This document shows, in pieces, positions 1 through 9,243 of a stretch of 64,000 nucleotides of DNA; the stretch's first letter is position 1, and every line of letters starts with the position of its first letter. Origin of the DNA: Leptospirales bacterium (GTDB taxonomy: Bacteria; Spirochaetota; Leptospiria; Turneriellales; JAOUFE01); assembly GCA_040326155.1 (NCBI GenBank), contig JBEQLE010000001.1, positions 32,001 through 96,000 of the forward strand, given 5' to 3'. A model generated the notes under the pieces. It searched no databases. It had not been told where the DNA came from and saw only the letters and a list, made by a program, of their open reading frames with translations. The position numbers and the translations under genes are program-made.

Positions 1-1407
1 AATTTTGATACCGAATGCGATATGGTGGGAATTACCGGTTTTACGATGCACTCCCTTCGAATGGCTGAAATTGCTCGTGAATTTAGAAAAAAAGGTAAAT
101 TGCTCGTAGCTGGCGGTCCTTATATAACCGGTCACCAGAAAGAGGCGGCAGAACTGTTCGACGTTTTAATTTGCGGAGAAGCGGAAGAAGTCTGGCCTCA
201 GTTTTTAGAAGATTGGAAAACCGGTAAATATAAACCTAAATACCACGGAGCAAGAGAACCTGATATTTCAAATACTCCTGTTCCACGTTACGATCTACTT
301 AAGATGGAGCATTATTCAAGCGGAATGGTTCAGACCTCTCGCGGTTGTCCTTTCGATTGCGATTTTTGTGACGTAATATCGTTATTTGGCAGAAAAAGTC
401 GATATAAAAGTATTGAAAATGTACTTGCTGAAATCGAAAATCTGGCGAGTCACAAGAAGTTTGATATTTTCTTTGCCGACGATAACTTTATCGGTAACCC
501 TAAGTATGCAAAAAAGTTGCTGCGTGAAATTATCAGAACAAACAACGCACGTCGACGCCCGCTGCGTTTTAATACACAGGCAACTGTTAATATTGCCAAA
601 GATGATGAACTCTTAGACCTTCTAGTGGAGGCAAATTTTTACAGTGTTTTTCTCGGCATTGAAACTCCCAGTGAAGCAAGCCTGAAAGAGACGAACAAAG
701 GTCAAAATGTAAAGGTGGATATAAAAGAAGCTGTGCGAAAAATTCAGTCTCGCGGAATTTATGTTTCGGCCGGCATGATCGTAGGTTTTGACAGCGATGA
801 TATAAAAATCTTCGACCTTCAGTATGAATTTCTTACCTCGGCAGGTATAACAATTACGTTGCTAGGCATGTTGAATGCGCTAAAAGGAACCAGACTGTGG
901 GATCGCCTTGAAAAAGAAGGACGATTGCATCCGGAGCTGGAAACCGGAGACCCCTGTCTCGATTTAAACTTTGACCCCAAACTGATGACTCGCGATGAAC
1001 TTATGCGTAACTACGGAAGTCTTTTTAAGAAACTCTATACGCCGGAACATTTTTTTGAAAGATTTTCAAGCTTAATCGATCAAATTGATGTAAAAAAAGT
1101 TAAAAAGAGTTCACCATTAAAAGTAGCGATGCAGCTCAAAAATATGCGCAGAGAAACTCTCTGGATTATTTATGGATTATTCAAGTTTTACATATTCAAT
1201 AAAGATAAAGCCATGCGTAAACTCTTCTGGCGTTCTCTCAAAAAAGGACTGGGTAAAACAACTTTGTCCCTCCCCTGGATTATTGAGTTACTCTTGTACT
1301 TTAAAGCACAAAACGAATTCACAAAAGGTCAATTTCCTGAAGTAGCGGAAAATGAACCCTATTATACAGTTCGTTCTTCAACAAAACCGGTAGCCGTACC
1401 TCATTAG
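1..1407 (+). CDS. B12-binding domain radical SAM protein (5' end lies outside the window)
   Basis: Frame is open from base 1; B12-binding-type segment (LVAGGPY...GEAEE), CxxxCxxC motif RGCPFDCDFC, FADDNF and GIETPS motifs. Confidence 0.9.
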   Translation, partial: NFDTECDMVGITGFTMHSLRMAEIAREFRKKGKLLVAGGPYITGHQKEAAELFDVLICGEAEEVWPQFLEDWKTGKYKPKYHGAREPDISNTPVPRYDLLKMEHYSSGMVQTSRGCPFDCDFCDVISLFGRKSRYKSIENVLAEIENLASHKKFDIFFADDNFIGNPKYAKKLLREIIRTNNARRRPLRFNTQATVNIAKDDELLDLLVEANFYSVFLGIETPSEASLKETNKGQNVKVDIKEAVRKIQSRGIYVSAGMIVGFDSDDIKIFDLQYEFLTSAGITITLLGMLNALKGTRLWDRLEKEGRLHPELETGDPCLDLNFDPKLMTRDELMRNYGSLFKKLYTPEHFFERFSSLIDQIDVKKVKKSSPLKVAMQLKNMRRETLWIIYGLFKFYIFNKDKAMRKLFWRSLKKGLGKTTLSLPWIIELLLYFKAQNEFTKGQFPEVAENEPYYTVRSSTKPVAVPH

Positions 1408-1414
1408 GTTATAC

Positions 1415-1466
1415 GTCGGGGTAAGCCGCAACCGTGTGCGGCGGAGGGGCAGGCTTGCCCCTTTTT
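1415..1466 (+). terminator. GC-rich hairpin plus T-run between convergent genes (REP-like or intrinsic terminator)
   Basis: AGGGGCA-GGCT-TGCCCCT then TTTT; outer GGGGTAAGCC...GGCTTGCCCC pairing also possible. Confidence 0.6.
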
Positions 1467-1491
1467 AACTATTGCTTTTTAATTCTTAGAA

Positions 1492-3066
1492 TTAAACTTT
1501 AAAGTATTCCATCACGCTGCGCAGAGAAGCTGCCTGGGCTTGTAACTCTTCGGAAGTTCCGGCAAGTTCTTCGGAGGATGCGGCTGTTTGTTGGATGACT
1601 GTGTTTAGCTGGTTCACTGCCGAGCCTACCTGGTCGATGCTGGAACGTTGTTGCCCCGAAGCGGTTGTTATTTCTTTTACTAATTCTGCGGTTTTAGCGA
1701 TATTCGGAACCATAATTTTCAATTTGTCGCCGGCTTTTTCTGCGACTATCACGCTGTTAGAGGCCAACTGGCCAATTTCCTGTGAGGAGCCTTGAGACCT
1801 TTCTGCAAGTTTTCGTACTTCAGAAGCTACCACGGCGAACCCTTTACCCTGCTCGCCTGCCCTTGCCGCTTCAATTGCTGCGTTTAACGCCAACAAGTTG
1901 GTCTGGTACGCGATGTCTTCAATAACAGTAATGTTCTCTGCAATACTTCGCATAGCCGCGACCGTCTCGGTCACTGCGTCACCGCCTTCTTTGGCTTCTT
2001 TTGCGGAGGTAACTGCAATGTCATTTGTCACATGGGCATTTTCTGAGTTTTGCGTGATGCTTGCCTGCATCTCTTCTATTGCCGCTGAGGTCTCTTCAAT
2101 GCTGGCCGCCTCTTCAGTTGCCCCTTGCGAAAGCGCCTGCGCTGTAGAGCTGAGCTCTTTTGCGGCAATGGCCATATTGTCAGATCCCTTTATTACATCG
2201 GCAATAATTGTCCGGAGCTTATTAATCATTATAGAGAGAGAACTGATCATAACCCCAATTTCGTCGTCGGCTTCTTTAGTAAATTCAACTGTAAGGTTTC
2301 CAGTCGAAAGCTCATTTATTACATTCATTGCTTTATACGTTGGCACAGTGATACTTGAGGTAATCAACCTGGCGAGAATAATTGAAATTAACGCCGCAAT
2401 CGCTACACCTGCGATGATGCTGATGGACGCCTGTTGAGCAGAAGCAGCTCCATCGGCTTGTGCTTTATCGACCTCATTACCGGCTTCAATTTCGACTAAT
2501 TCCAGTAAATCCTGAACCTCTTCGCCTACACTGTCGGCGATTTCATCTGCCTGTCTAAGCTTAGAAGCTTGTCCCGCTCTTGCCCGACCGGAAAACTGAG
2601 CTTTTTTTAAATCGTATATAATTTGAATCTGAGGTTGAAACTCATTGTCATGGTATCCTTGACTCTCTTTAACCTTGTCTAAAACATTTTTGTTTTTCGA
2701 AGGATAAAATGTAGTTTTGGTTATTTTATCTCCTTGCTTCTCTTCTAAAACACCACCTTTAAAAATGAATTCAGCGAATTGGTCGAAATTGGCCACCTGT
2801 TTCTGGTGTTCCTTCCAGAATGAGTCCAACTCTTTCATTGATTCTGAAACAACCAACTCCATAATGACGGTTCTATCAGAAGCAACGGCAAATTTCATTT
2901 CCATGGAGGAATCGGCGACGCTCATCGCTTCTTTAATGCCCTTCATATTTTTACTCATATTTTGAGCAGAAATAAATGATATTAACCCGACAACTCCAAA
3001 TATAAGCACTATTATAAGATAACTTACTGTTAACCTTGGTCCAATTTTAAAATTACGTAAAAACAT
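1492..3066 (-). CDS. Methyl-accepting chemotaxis protein (2 TM, periplasmic sensor, HAMP)
   Basis: [40 protein letters not shown] signalling hairpin; HAMP DEIG motif; ATG 3066 follows a GAGGGAG RBS (ORF track starts at 3111). Confidence 0.97.
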   Translation of the reverse strand: MFLRNFKIGPRLTVSYLIIVLIFGVVGLISFISAQNMSKNMKGIKEAMSVADSSMEMKFAVASDRTVIMELVVSESMKELDSFWKEHQKQVANFDQFAEFIFKGGVLEEKQGDKITKTTFYPSKNKNVLDKVKESQGYHDNEFQPQIQIIYDLKKAQFSGRARAGQASKLRQADEIADSVGEEVQDLLELVEIEAGNEVDKAQADGAASAQQASISIIAGVAIAALISIILARLITSSITVPTYKAMNVINELSTGNLTVEFTKEADDEIGVMISSLSIMINKLRTIIADVIKGSDNMAIAAKELSSTAQALSQGATEEAASIEETSAAIEEMQASITQNSENAHVTNDIAVTSAKEAKEGGDAVTETVAAMRSIAENITVIEDIAYQTNLLALNAAIEAARAGEQGKGFAVVASEVRKLAERSQGSSQEIGQLASNSVIVAEKAGDKLKIMVPNIAKTAELVKEITTASGQQRSSIDQVGSAVNQLNTVIQQTAASSEELAGTSEELQAQAASLRSVMEYFKV

Positions 3067-3344
3067 GTTTCTCTCCCTCTGAACTTTATCTATTTTTATT
3101 GCTATATACAATATACTATGAAGTAAAGAATAAAATCTTTTTTATTTTATATACATAAGATGAATTTTCAGTATCCATAGATATATTCTTAATTATCGAC
3201 AACTAAACCCTTATACTGGAAATTTACACCGTCCGAATAACTACCTGAGAGCCTGCATTAATTCGTTCTTAAAGAAAACAGTAAGATTTTATAATACTTT
3301 TAACTGTATCAGTGGTGAAAAGTTTTATGGATTCGGAACAATCC

Positions 3345-3385
3345 ACGAAAAGAAAAAACCACCGGACGGAAAAACCATCCGGTAG
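3345..3385 (-). terminator. Intrinsic terminator, minus strand
   Basis: ACCGGATGG-TTTTT-CCGTCCGGT stem then GGTTTTTTCTTTT on the minus strand. Confidence 0.65.
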
Positions 3386-3620
3386 AATGAGTGTGGCTAT
3401 GACAAAGATACATGTTTTACCAACATGTATCAATCATAAGAGAATATAAAAAAATATGTATTATACGTACAGTCAATGATTATATTTATAAAATGCAAAT
3501 TTAATGTATACTATATAAAATGGTTACAGTTCCGTAATATACAAAAAACAGCCAAATTGGTGAATGTGTCAATAATTTCAGTTCATAATAGTTCGGCTTT
3601 GTAAACAAGAAGAAAATTAT

Positions 3621-4346
3621 TCATAACCAATATTCAGGATACTTTCTCCATTTTACAATATTATTGAAAAACAATGAAACTGCCATCATTATAAATATAC
3701 CGGTAAAAATTGGTGATACAACATATGCAAAACCCAGGCTCTGTATTTTAGCTCCACCAATTACAGCAATTAAAGCAGTGGCCCCTCCGGGAGGGTGCAA
3801 AGTTCGTGTTACATGCATGAATGCGATTGCGGTGGCTACGGCAAAGGCAGCTGCAAACCAAGGCGTCTGCGAAAAAAGTTGCCACGAAACAACCCCGGCA
3901 ATCGCCGATACGATGTGTCCGCCAAAGACATTTCTAGGTTGAGCTAAAGGGCTACGAATGGCTCCGTATATTAAAACCGCAGTCGCGCCAAACGAACCGA
4001 CAACCATGACAGTTCCTTGCGGACCGAGCATATCATAATGTAAATACCCAACTGCCGCAATGCCAAAAAATGCTCCCAACCATGACCAGAGAATTTCTTT
4101 CAGGGAAACCATGGGAGAAGGCTCCGAGATGGGTCTAAACAAGCGAATAAAGTTACTTTTTCTACGACTCTCTCTTTCGGGTTCCGGCTCAGGCCCTTTG
4201 TGAGTAAGGGCTTTTTTATAGGCTTTCTCATATATGGCTCGAAAATCTTCGGATGTTATGTCAATAAAGCCACCCAGCTCTTTCATTGAGGTTTCAATCT
4301 CTTCGTCTGTCAATACTGGTATTTTAGTGTTAGATGTTTTTTTCAT
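3621..4346 (-). CDS. HPP family membrane protein (possible nitrite transporter)
   Basis: SFGATAVLIYG, SPLAQPRNVFGGH and TLHPPGGATAL (HPP) motifs; soluble N-terminal extension. Confidence 0.93.
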   Translation of the reverse strand: MKKTSNTKIPVLTDEEIETSMKELGGFIDITSEDFRAIYEKAYKKALTHKGPEPEPERESRRKSNFIRLFRPISEPSPMVSLKEILWSWLGAFFGIAAVGYLHYDMLGPQGTVMVVGSFGATAVLIYGAIRSPLAQPRNVFGGHIVSAIAGVVSWQLFSQTPWFAAAFAVATAIAFMHVTRTLHPPGGATALIAVIGGAKIQSLGFAYVVSPIFTGIFIMMAVSLFFNNIVKWRKYPEYWL

Positions 4347-4389
4347 TTTTATTCCTTTATACTAATCTACTAAATTTCTTTTTTAGTGT

Positions 4390-5031
4390 CTACTTGTATT
4401 TCTTCACCCTGTTACCCTGTTGTGCAAATGCAACCAGGTTTTTTGCGGTTAAAATTATAAATAAAACAAAAGCAAACCAGAAAATTTTCAGCACCAGTTC
4501 TCCGGTCTCTTTTTGCATTTCCAGGTCATACGTTGCGCACAAAAGTGAATTGTACATGGTGTATGTTAATCCGACAGAAATCAGCATGGATAATCCATAT
4601 ATTCCCGCTGCGGTTTTTAACACAAACGGCATTTTTTTTAGATTTTTTCCCAGAAATAAACCGGCACAAAACAGGTTTATATGCATTATGTAATCGGCAG
4701 AATTATTTATTACGGCCAGATCAAGGGAGCGCGGTATCATCCAGAAGGTAATTGTACCAATAAAAAAGACGAGAGCTGAAACGCCATACCGGTTCAACTT
4801 AAACCGTGCCAATGTTTCTACAAAAGTCTCTGTAAAAGTAAATGTAGTTAAAAAACTTAAATCTACTTTTCCTGTCAAAACACCAAGCAAGGCAAGCCCC
4901 CACATTTGTGCAATCATGTGCAAAGACATTTCGGAGTCGAGGTAACGGTCCACGCCGGGAATTAAAAGTGTCCCTGCCATTATACAAAAAAACGAGAATA
5001 CAACTATTTTTAATTTGCTTTGGATAGTCAT
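4390..5031 (-). CDS. Integral membrane protein, CtaG/DUF1404-like (orf1 of norSY-senC-orf1 clusters)
   Basis: About 6 TM helices; SLHMIAQM, FWMIPRSLD and IMH motifs; starts 2 nt after the SCO gene. Confidence 0.65.
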   Translation of the reverse strand: MTIQSKLKIVVFSFFCIMAGTLLIPGVDRYLDSEMSLHMIAQMWGLALLGVLTGKVDLSFLTTFTFTETFVETLARFKLNRYGVSALVFFIGTITFWMIPRSLDLAVINNSADYIMHINLFCAGLFLGKNLKKMPFVLKTAAGIYGLSMLISVGLTYTMYNSLLCATYDLEMQKETGELVLKIFWFAFVLFIILTAKNLVAFAQQGNRVKKYK

Positions 5032-5033
5032 TA

Positions 5034-5675
5034 TTATCGTTCCAGGTTTTCCCGTATCTCTTCCAGGTTTTTTTCCATGCCTTCGGCGGGGTCTATGACA
5101 GCGCTTAACTTTCCATCGGTTCGTAGAAGGTAGTGGTATGCGGTGTGGTTAAAATCTCCGAGATTATTGCGTATAGCAATAACGCCAAAATCTTTTAAAT
5201 GGGTTTTCCAGAGTTGTGTCCCCCTTTCGGCGTCCGGGGTAAAAACGGCAAATACCCACCCCGGGCTTTCCCCTGAAGATCTCCAGGCTTCGTGTAAAAT
5301 ATCAACATTGTCGCGTTCCGGGTCAAAACTAACGCTGACAAAAATAAGTTTATCGGGTATAAATGCAGACAAACGATCATAGTAATCGATAAGACGCGAT
5401 CTTAAAATTCCACAGATGGAACTGCATTGTAAATACATAAAGTCAAGCAATACATATTTACCTTTCCATTTTGAAAAATCGACGTGGTTACCGTTATGAT
5501 CTGTCAATTTGAAAGGAGGTAACTCGCGCGGTAAATCTCCGGCTGCCCAGAGAGTATACGAGTATGTTGTGAAAGATGTAAACCCCCCGGTCCACCGGTG
5601 AATACCGATGAACCAAAGGATTAAAAATAAAATTGGAAAAATGAACCAGAGGCTCGTTTTTTCTTTTTTTACCAC
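5034..5675 (-). CDS. senC: SCO1/SenC copper chaperone
   Basis: N-terminal TM; CxxxC (QCSSIC), SVSFDPERD and a distal His (FNHTA). Confidence 0.92.
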   Translation of the reverse strand: MVKKEKTSLWFIFPILFLILWFIGIHRWTGGFTSFTTYSYTLWAAGDLPRELPPFKLTDHNGNHVDFSKWKGKYVLLDFMYLQCSSICGILRSRLIDYYDRLSAFIPDKLIFVSVSFDPERDNVDILHEAWRSSGESPGWVFAVFTPDAERGTQLWKTHLKDFGVIAIRNNLGDFNHTAYHYLLRTDGKLSAVIDPAEGMEKNLEEIRENLER

Positions 5676-7105
5676 TTCTTCTTTAAACTGCCAAGCATGA
5701 CGGCAAAAAAGACAACTATACCAACGATTAAAAGCAGTCCAAAAAAGGAACCATACATCGCTGTATTTTGCGCTGCAGAAGCTAAACCATCGTATGGTAA
5801 TGCCGAAGAATCGGCTATTCTTCTAGGAACGCTTTTTACCCCCGCAATGGCAAACATTGCGATAACTCCATACCCGCCAATTAGCAAGGATGTTAGAGTA
5901 AATTTTGCCGCTTTCTCTTTATCCATTTCAAAGTAGTCATAGATAAATGCAAAAAGCATTAAAACGAATCCGAGTAAAAAGTAAGTGTGGAAGTGACTGG
6001 TTACCCACAATGTATTGTGCATTAGTGAGTTTACAACGATCGTCGAATCGACAACCGCAATAAAACCGCCAATTATCCAACCCATTAGTGACAAGCCTAA
6101 AGCAAGTGGAACAAAAGTCCACTTCACACCGCTTTTATAAAACAGTCCAATGGCGCCAAAAATGGTAACCACAGTCGCAGGAACGGTACTCAAGTACGAA
6201 GCGATCTGTCCAATGTACTGTAAAATTACAGGCTGTGCAAAGTCCATATAGAGATGGTGAAAATAAGCAACGATCACAAAGATCAAAGCCGCGTTCCACG
6301 ATATGGCGACAATTTTATTCATCTTCCAGGGTCGTCCGGTATATTTTGGTAAAAGCTCATACACAAAACCCAGACCAAAATACATTGTAATATTTACAAT
6401 TGTATGACCGAATAAAAATACAATGTTCTTTAATAACAAAGCGTCAAAACTCACATCAGGAGCAATCCACTGTATTAAAAAGAGCATCAAAAGTACGGCG
6501 CCAAACACGGTGGTTACGGCTCCCGCAATAGCACTGACAGAAGCAATTACAATAATCGGAGGAACTTCATCATCCGAATTATTTGCGCCGCCCAGGTACT
6601 TCCAGGCTAAAAAGCCCTTAACTCCGTAACGTGAAATAATCGCTCGTAAAATATCAAGCAACCATAGTAGCCACGATACGCCAAGCAAGATTAACGAAAT
6701 AGTGGCTGCACCAATGGACCAATTAGCCCACTCTCCAAAGAAGGGAAGCGGATACAACATGTACCAACCGGGACCAAAACCGCCAATTAATGTAGCGACT
6801 ACAAGACCAAGAACCCCGAGTACGACCAGTACAAAGTTGAACTTCAACAAACCAATCGAGACATCGACATATTTCGATATTAGATACCAAGTTCCCATAA
6901 TACCGCCGACAAATAAAACACCGACCATACCAAGTCCGTGTAAGGTCATCATGGCGTAGAAGAAACCGGCCGGTAAATCTACAAGATCGCCCTGCATTGC
7001 TCGCATTAAAAATCCGAGTAATAGAAGAACAATAAACAGAAGAACTACAGTGACCATCATAAATGTGGTCATGCGAGCCGTATTTTTATTTTCTTGTACG
7101 CTCAT
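5669..7105 (-). CDS. norY: Heme-copper oxidoreductase subunit I, probable sNOR-type nitric oxide reductase catalytic subunit
   Basis: All six His ligands present (MTLHG, FGHTIVN, FHHLYMD, SHFH); Asn rather than Tyr at His+4 in helix VI; about 12 TM. Confidence 0.8.
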   Translation of the reverse strand: MSVQENKNTARMTTFMMVTVVLLFIVLLLLGFLMRAMQGDLVDLPAGFFYAMMTLHGLGMVGVLFVGGIMGTWYLISKYVDVSIGLLKFNFVLVVLGVLGLVVATLIGGFGPGWYMLYPLPFFGEWANWSIGAATISLILLGVSWLLWLLDILRAIISRYGVKGFLAWKYLGGANNSDDEVPPIIVIASVSAIAGAVTTVFGAVLLMLFLIQWIAPDVSFDALLLKNIVFLFGHTIVNITMYFGLGFVYELLPKYTGRPWKMNKIVAISWNAALIFVIVAYFHHLYMDFAQPVILQYIGQIASYLSTVPATVVTIFGAIGLFYKSGVKWTFVPLALGLSLMGWIIGGFIAVVDSTIVVNSLMHNTLWVTSHFHTYFLLGFVLMLFAFIYDYFEMDKEKAAKFTLTSLLIGGYGVIAMFAIAGVKSVPRRIADSSALPYDGLASAAQNTAMYGSFFGLLLIVGIVVFFAVMLGSLKKKW

Positions 7106-7653
7106 TCTGTGCCTCCTGTTTCTGGGGTTTCTACTTCACTCACAACCTGAATTGTAGAGTTCATAGCCTGGTGAGCAACCCCGCATAATTCCATGCATAT
7201 AATTTTATACTCGCCAGGTTCTTTAAAAGTATACCTTAACTTATTTGTATAACCAGGCATAACTTGAACCTGAGTTATAATTTGACCATCGGAATTATAT
7301 ATTCCAAAACCGTGGGTAACATCCGTAGAAGATACGGCAAACTCAATAACTTTTCCAACAGGAATCGTACTGGGAACAATGTCCCAATTGTACATACTTC
7401 CGGTAACCTGAACTGTAACATCGGGTTTTCCCGTTTTACTTTCCGGATAAGGTATTGCGTCATTATTCATTGTTAAAACCAGTAGTACGACGATGACACC
7501 GATCAAGAAGATAAAATATATCGAACGAAGTTTGTAGAGTTTTTGAATAAAACCCTCCCCTTTTTCGCCAGAATTTTTACCAACATAAAGACCGATTAAA
7601 ATAATCGCCAAGACTACAACAGCTGTAACTATTGCTGCTATTTGTATTGTCAT
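7102..7653 (-). CDS. norS: Heme-copper oxidoreductase subunit II with CuA site
   Basis: 2 TM plus cupredoxin domain; DVTHGF and CMELCGVAHQAM give all CuA ligands; GGAGGAG RBS. Confidence 0.85.
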   Translation of the reverse strand: MTIQIAAIVTAVVVLAIILIGLYVGKNSGEKGEGFIQKLYKLRSIYFIFLIGVIVVLLVLTMNNDAIPYPESKTGKPDVTVQVTGSMYNWDIVPSTIPVGKVIEFAVSSTDVTHGFGIYNSDGQIITQVQVMPGYTNKLRYTFKEPGEYKIICMELCGVAHQAMNSTIQVVSEVETPETGGTE

Positions 7654-7685
7654 ATCACTCCTCCATTTGAAATCTGATATAATGT

Positions 7686-7726
7686 AAGTTAGTAAATACT
7701 AACTTTATGGAGAGCGATATTGTCAA
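7686..7726 (-). promoter_or_regulatory. Promoter of the norS operon with palindromic operator
   Basis: Perfect inverted repeat AAGTTAGTA-AA-TACTAACTT (7686-7705); minus-strand TTGACA at 7726-7721; possible -10 TAGTAT inside the palindrome (19-bp spacer). Confidence 0.65.
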
Positions 7727-7907
7727 CACATTATTCGAGATCATGAGTGTATTTTCGGGCAAAGTTTAGAAGTTGGAGCCTGAATTCCCTGTATAAATAT
7801 AAATAGTATTGTACAATGAGAAACTTAATATAATATTAATCTTTATGATATGACTTCAAACTTCAACAGGTTACTCTATCATTAAACTTTGTTGCATACT
7901 AAAACGA

Positions 7908-8492
7908 ATGGAAAGCTCAAGAAGAAAAGAACAAATTATTTCCATAACCCTTAATATTATTGGTGAACAGGGTCTGGCTGGCCTGACGATTGCAAAGATT
8001 GCCAAAAATGCAAAAATATCTGAAGCTGCTCTATACAAACACTTTAAAGGAAAAAACGATATTCTCGAACATTGTATAGGAATGATCGAGAAAAGGTTGA
8101 TCGGAACAATTCGATCATTAAATAAAGAAGAAACAACAGCAATTGCCATATTAACCGGCATCTATAATACACATATAAACCACATCCAGGTCAATAAAGG
8201 AGTTCCCAGAATTATATATACTTCTGAAATTCATTCACAAGAAAACTTTCGAACCAGACTTTTTACAATTATTGAAACTTACCTGCATGAAATCGAGGAA
8301 ATTATAGTCGAAGGTCAAAAAGTAAATACTGTTTCTCAAGTTATTTCAGCAGGACAAGCCGCACGAAGATTTTTATCTATTATACAATTTGCCGCATTTC
8401 GATATTCGCTCAGCGGTTTCAATATGGAAATAATTGAAGAAGGTAACGAACAGTTGAAAGAGTTTTTACACACTCTGGAACCAACCGGATAG
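7908..8492 (+). CDS. TetR/AcrR family transcriptional regulator
   Basis: N-terminal HTH LTIAKIAKNAKISEAALYKHFKGK; 194 aa; divergent from norS. Confidence 0.95.
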   Translation: MESSRRKEQIISITLNIIGEQGLAGLTIAKIAKNAKISEAALYKHFKGKNDILEHCIGMIEKRLIGTIRSLNKEETTAIAILTGIYNTHINHIQVNKGVPRIIYTSEIHSQENFRTRLFTIIETYLHEIEEIIVEGQKVNTVSQVISAGQAARRFLSIIQFAAFRYSLSGFNMEIIEEGNEQLKEFLHTLEPTG

Positions 8493-8584
8493 AAAGATTT
8501 AACCCATAGACAGAAACTTCGAAAAAATAGTTTCCTGGTTTGAATAAAAGATTGTTACTATATTCAATCATTCTAAATATGCTC

Positions 8585-9196
8585 ATGGATAAAAAAGAGC
8601 ATTGGGAAGCGGTGTACGAGAAAAAGGTCTTTGAAGAATCAAGCTGGTACCAGAAGGTTCCGAAAGATTCTCTCCACATTATTCATGGCTGTAACCTTGC
8701 TTTTGAGTCAAAAATTATCGATGTCGGTTCCGGTGAAAGTTTTCTTTCTGACGAGTTGTTTAATCTGGGTTATTCAAACTTAACGGCTCTCGATATATCC
8801 CAAAAGGCAATCGAGAGAATTCAAAAGAGGTTTGCCGAAAAAGATAGAAAAATAGAGGGTATTGCTGAGGATGTTCTGAATGCAAAACTCAATGGACCCT
8901 ACGACCTCTGGCATGATCGAGCTGTTTTTCACTTTTTAACCGTTCAAGAAGAAATTGAAAAATACGTGGATATTATTGGTAAAGAGATTCGCCCCGGTGG
9001 TTATTTTTTCGTAGCTACTTTTGCTCATGATGGCCCGGAAAAATGCAGTGGTTTATCCGTCACAAGATACAGTGAAGAAAACCTGGTCAAAACTCTGGGA
9101 ACCCGGTTTAATAAAATTGAATGTTCGCATGTTGAGCATAAAACACCAAATGAGAAAGTTCAAAAATTTATTTTCTGCCTTTTCCAGCATAAATAA
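8585..9196 (+). CDS. Class I SAM-dependent methyltransferase
   Basis: HWEAVY, IIDVGSG, LDIS and YDLWHDRAVFHFL motifs; ATG 8585 or 8579 preferred over TTG 8540. Confidence 0.92.
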   Translation: MDKKEHWEAVYEKKVFEESSWYQKVPKDSLHIIHGCNLAFESKIIDVGSGESFLSDELFNLGYSNLTALDISQKAIERIQKRFAEKDRKIEGIAEDVLNAKLNGPYDLWHDRAVFHFLTVQEEIEKYVDIIGKEIRPGGYFFVATFAHDGPEKCSGLSVTRYSEENLVKTLGTRFNKIECSHVEHKTPNEKVQKFIFCLFQHK

Positions 9197-9243
9197 GCTA
9201 AGCGGGAATGCAAATTCTATAAAAGATCAATACTCTTGATTTT

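Noticed and set aside
1595..2965. Antisense and shifted-frame ORFs inside the MCP gene, and similar ones across the window (e.g. 14641-15120, 25104-25694, 44064-44567)
   Set aside because: Shadow ORFs of well-supported genes, with no motifs or RBS.
5669..7105. Ordinary aa3/ba3/cbb3 cytochrome c oxidase
   Set aside because: The cross-linking Tyr of GHPxVY is absent; there is no subunit III, no heme a/o synthase and no ccoO/ccoP.
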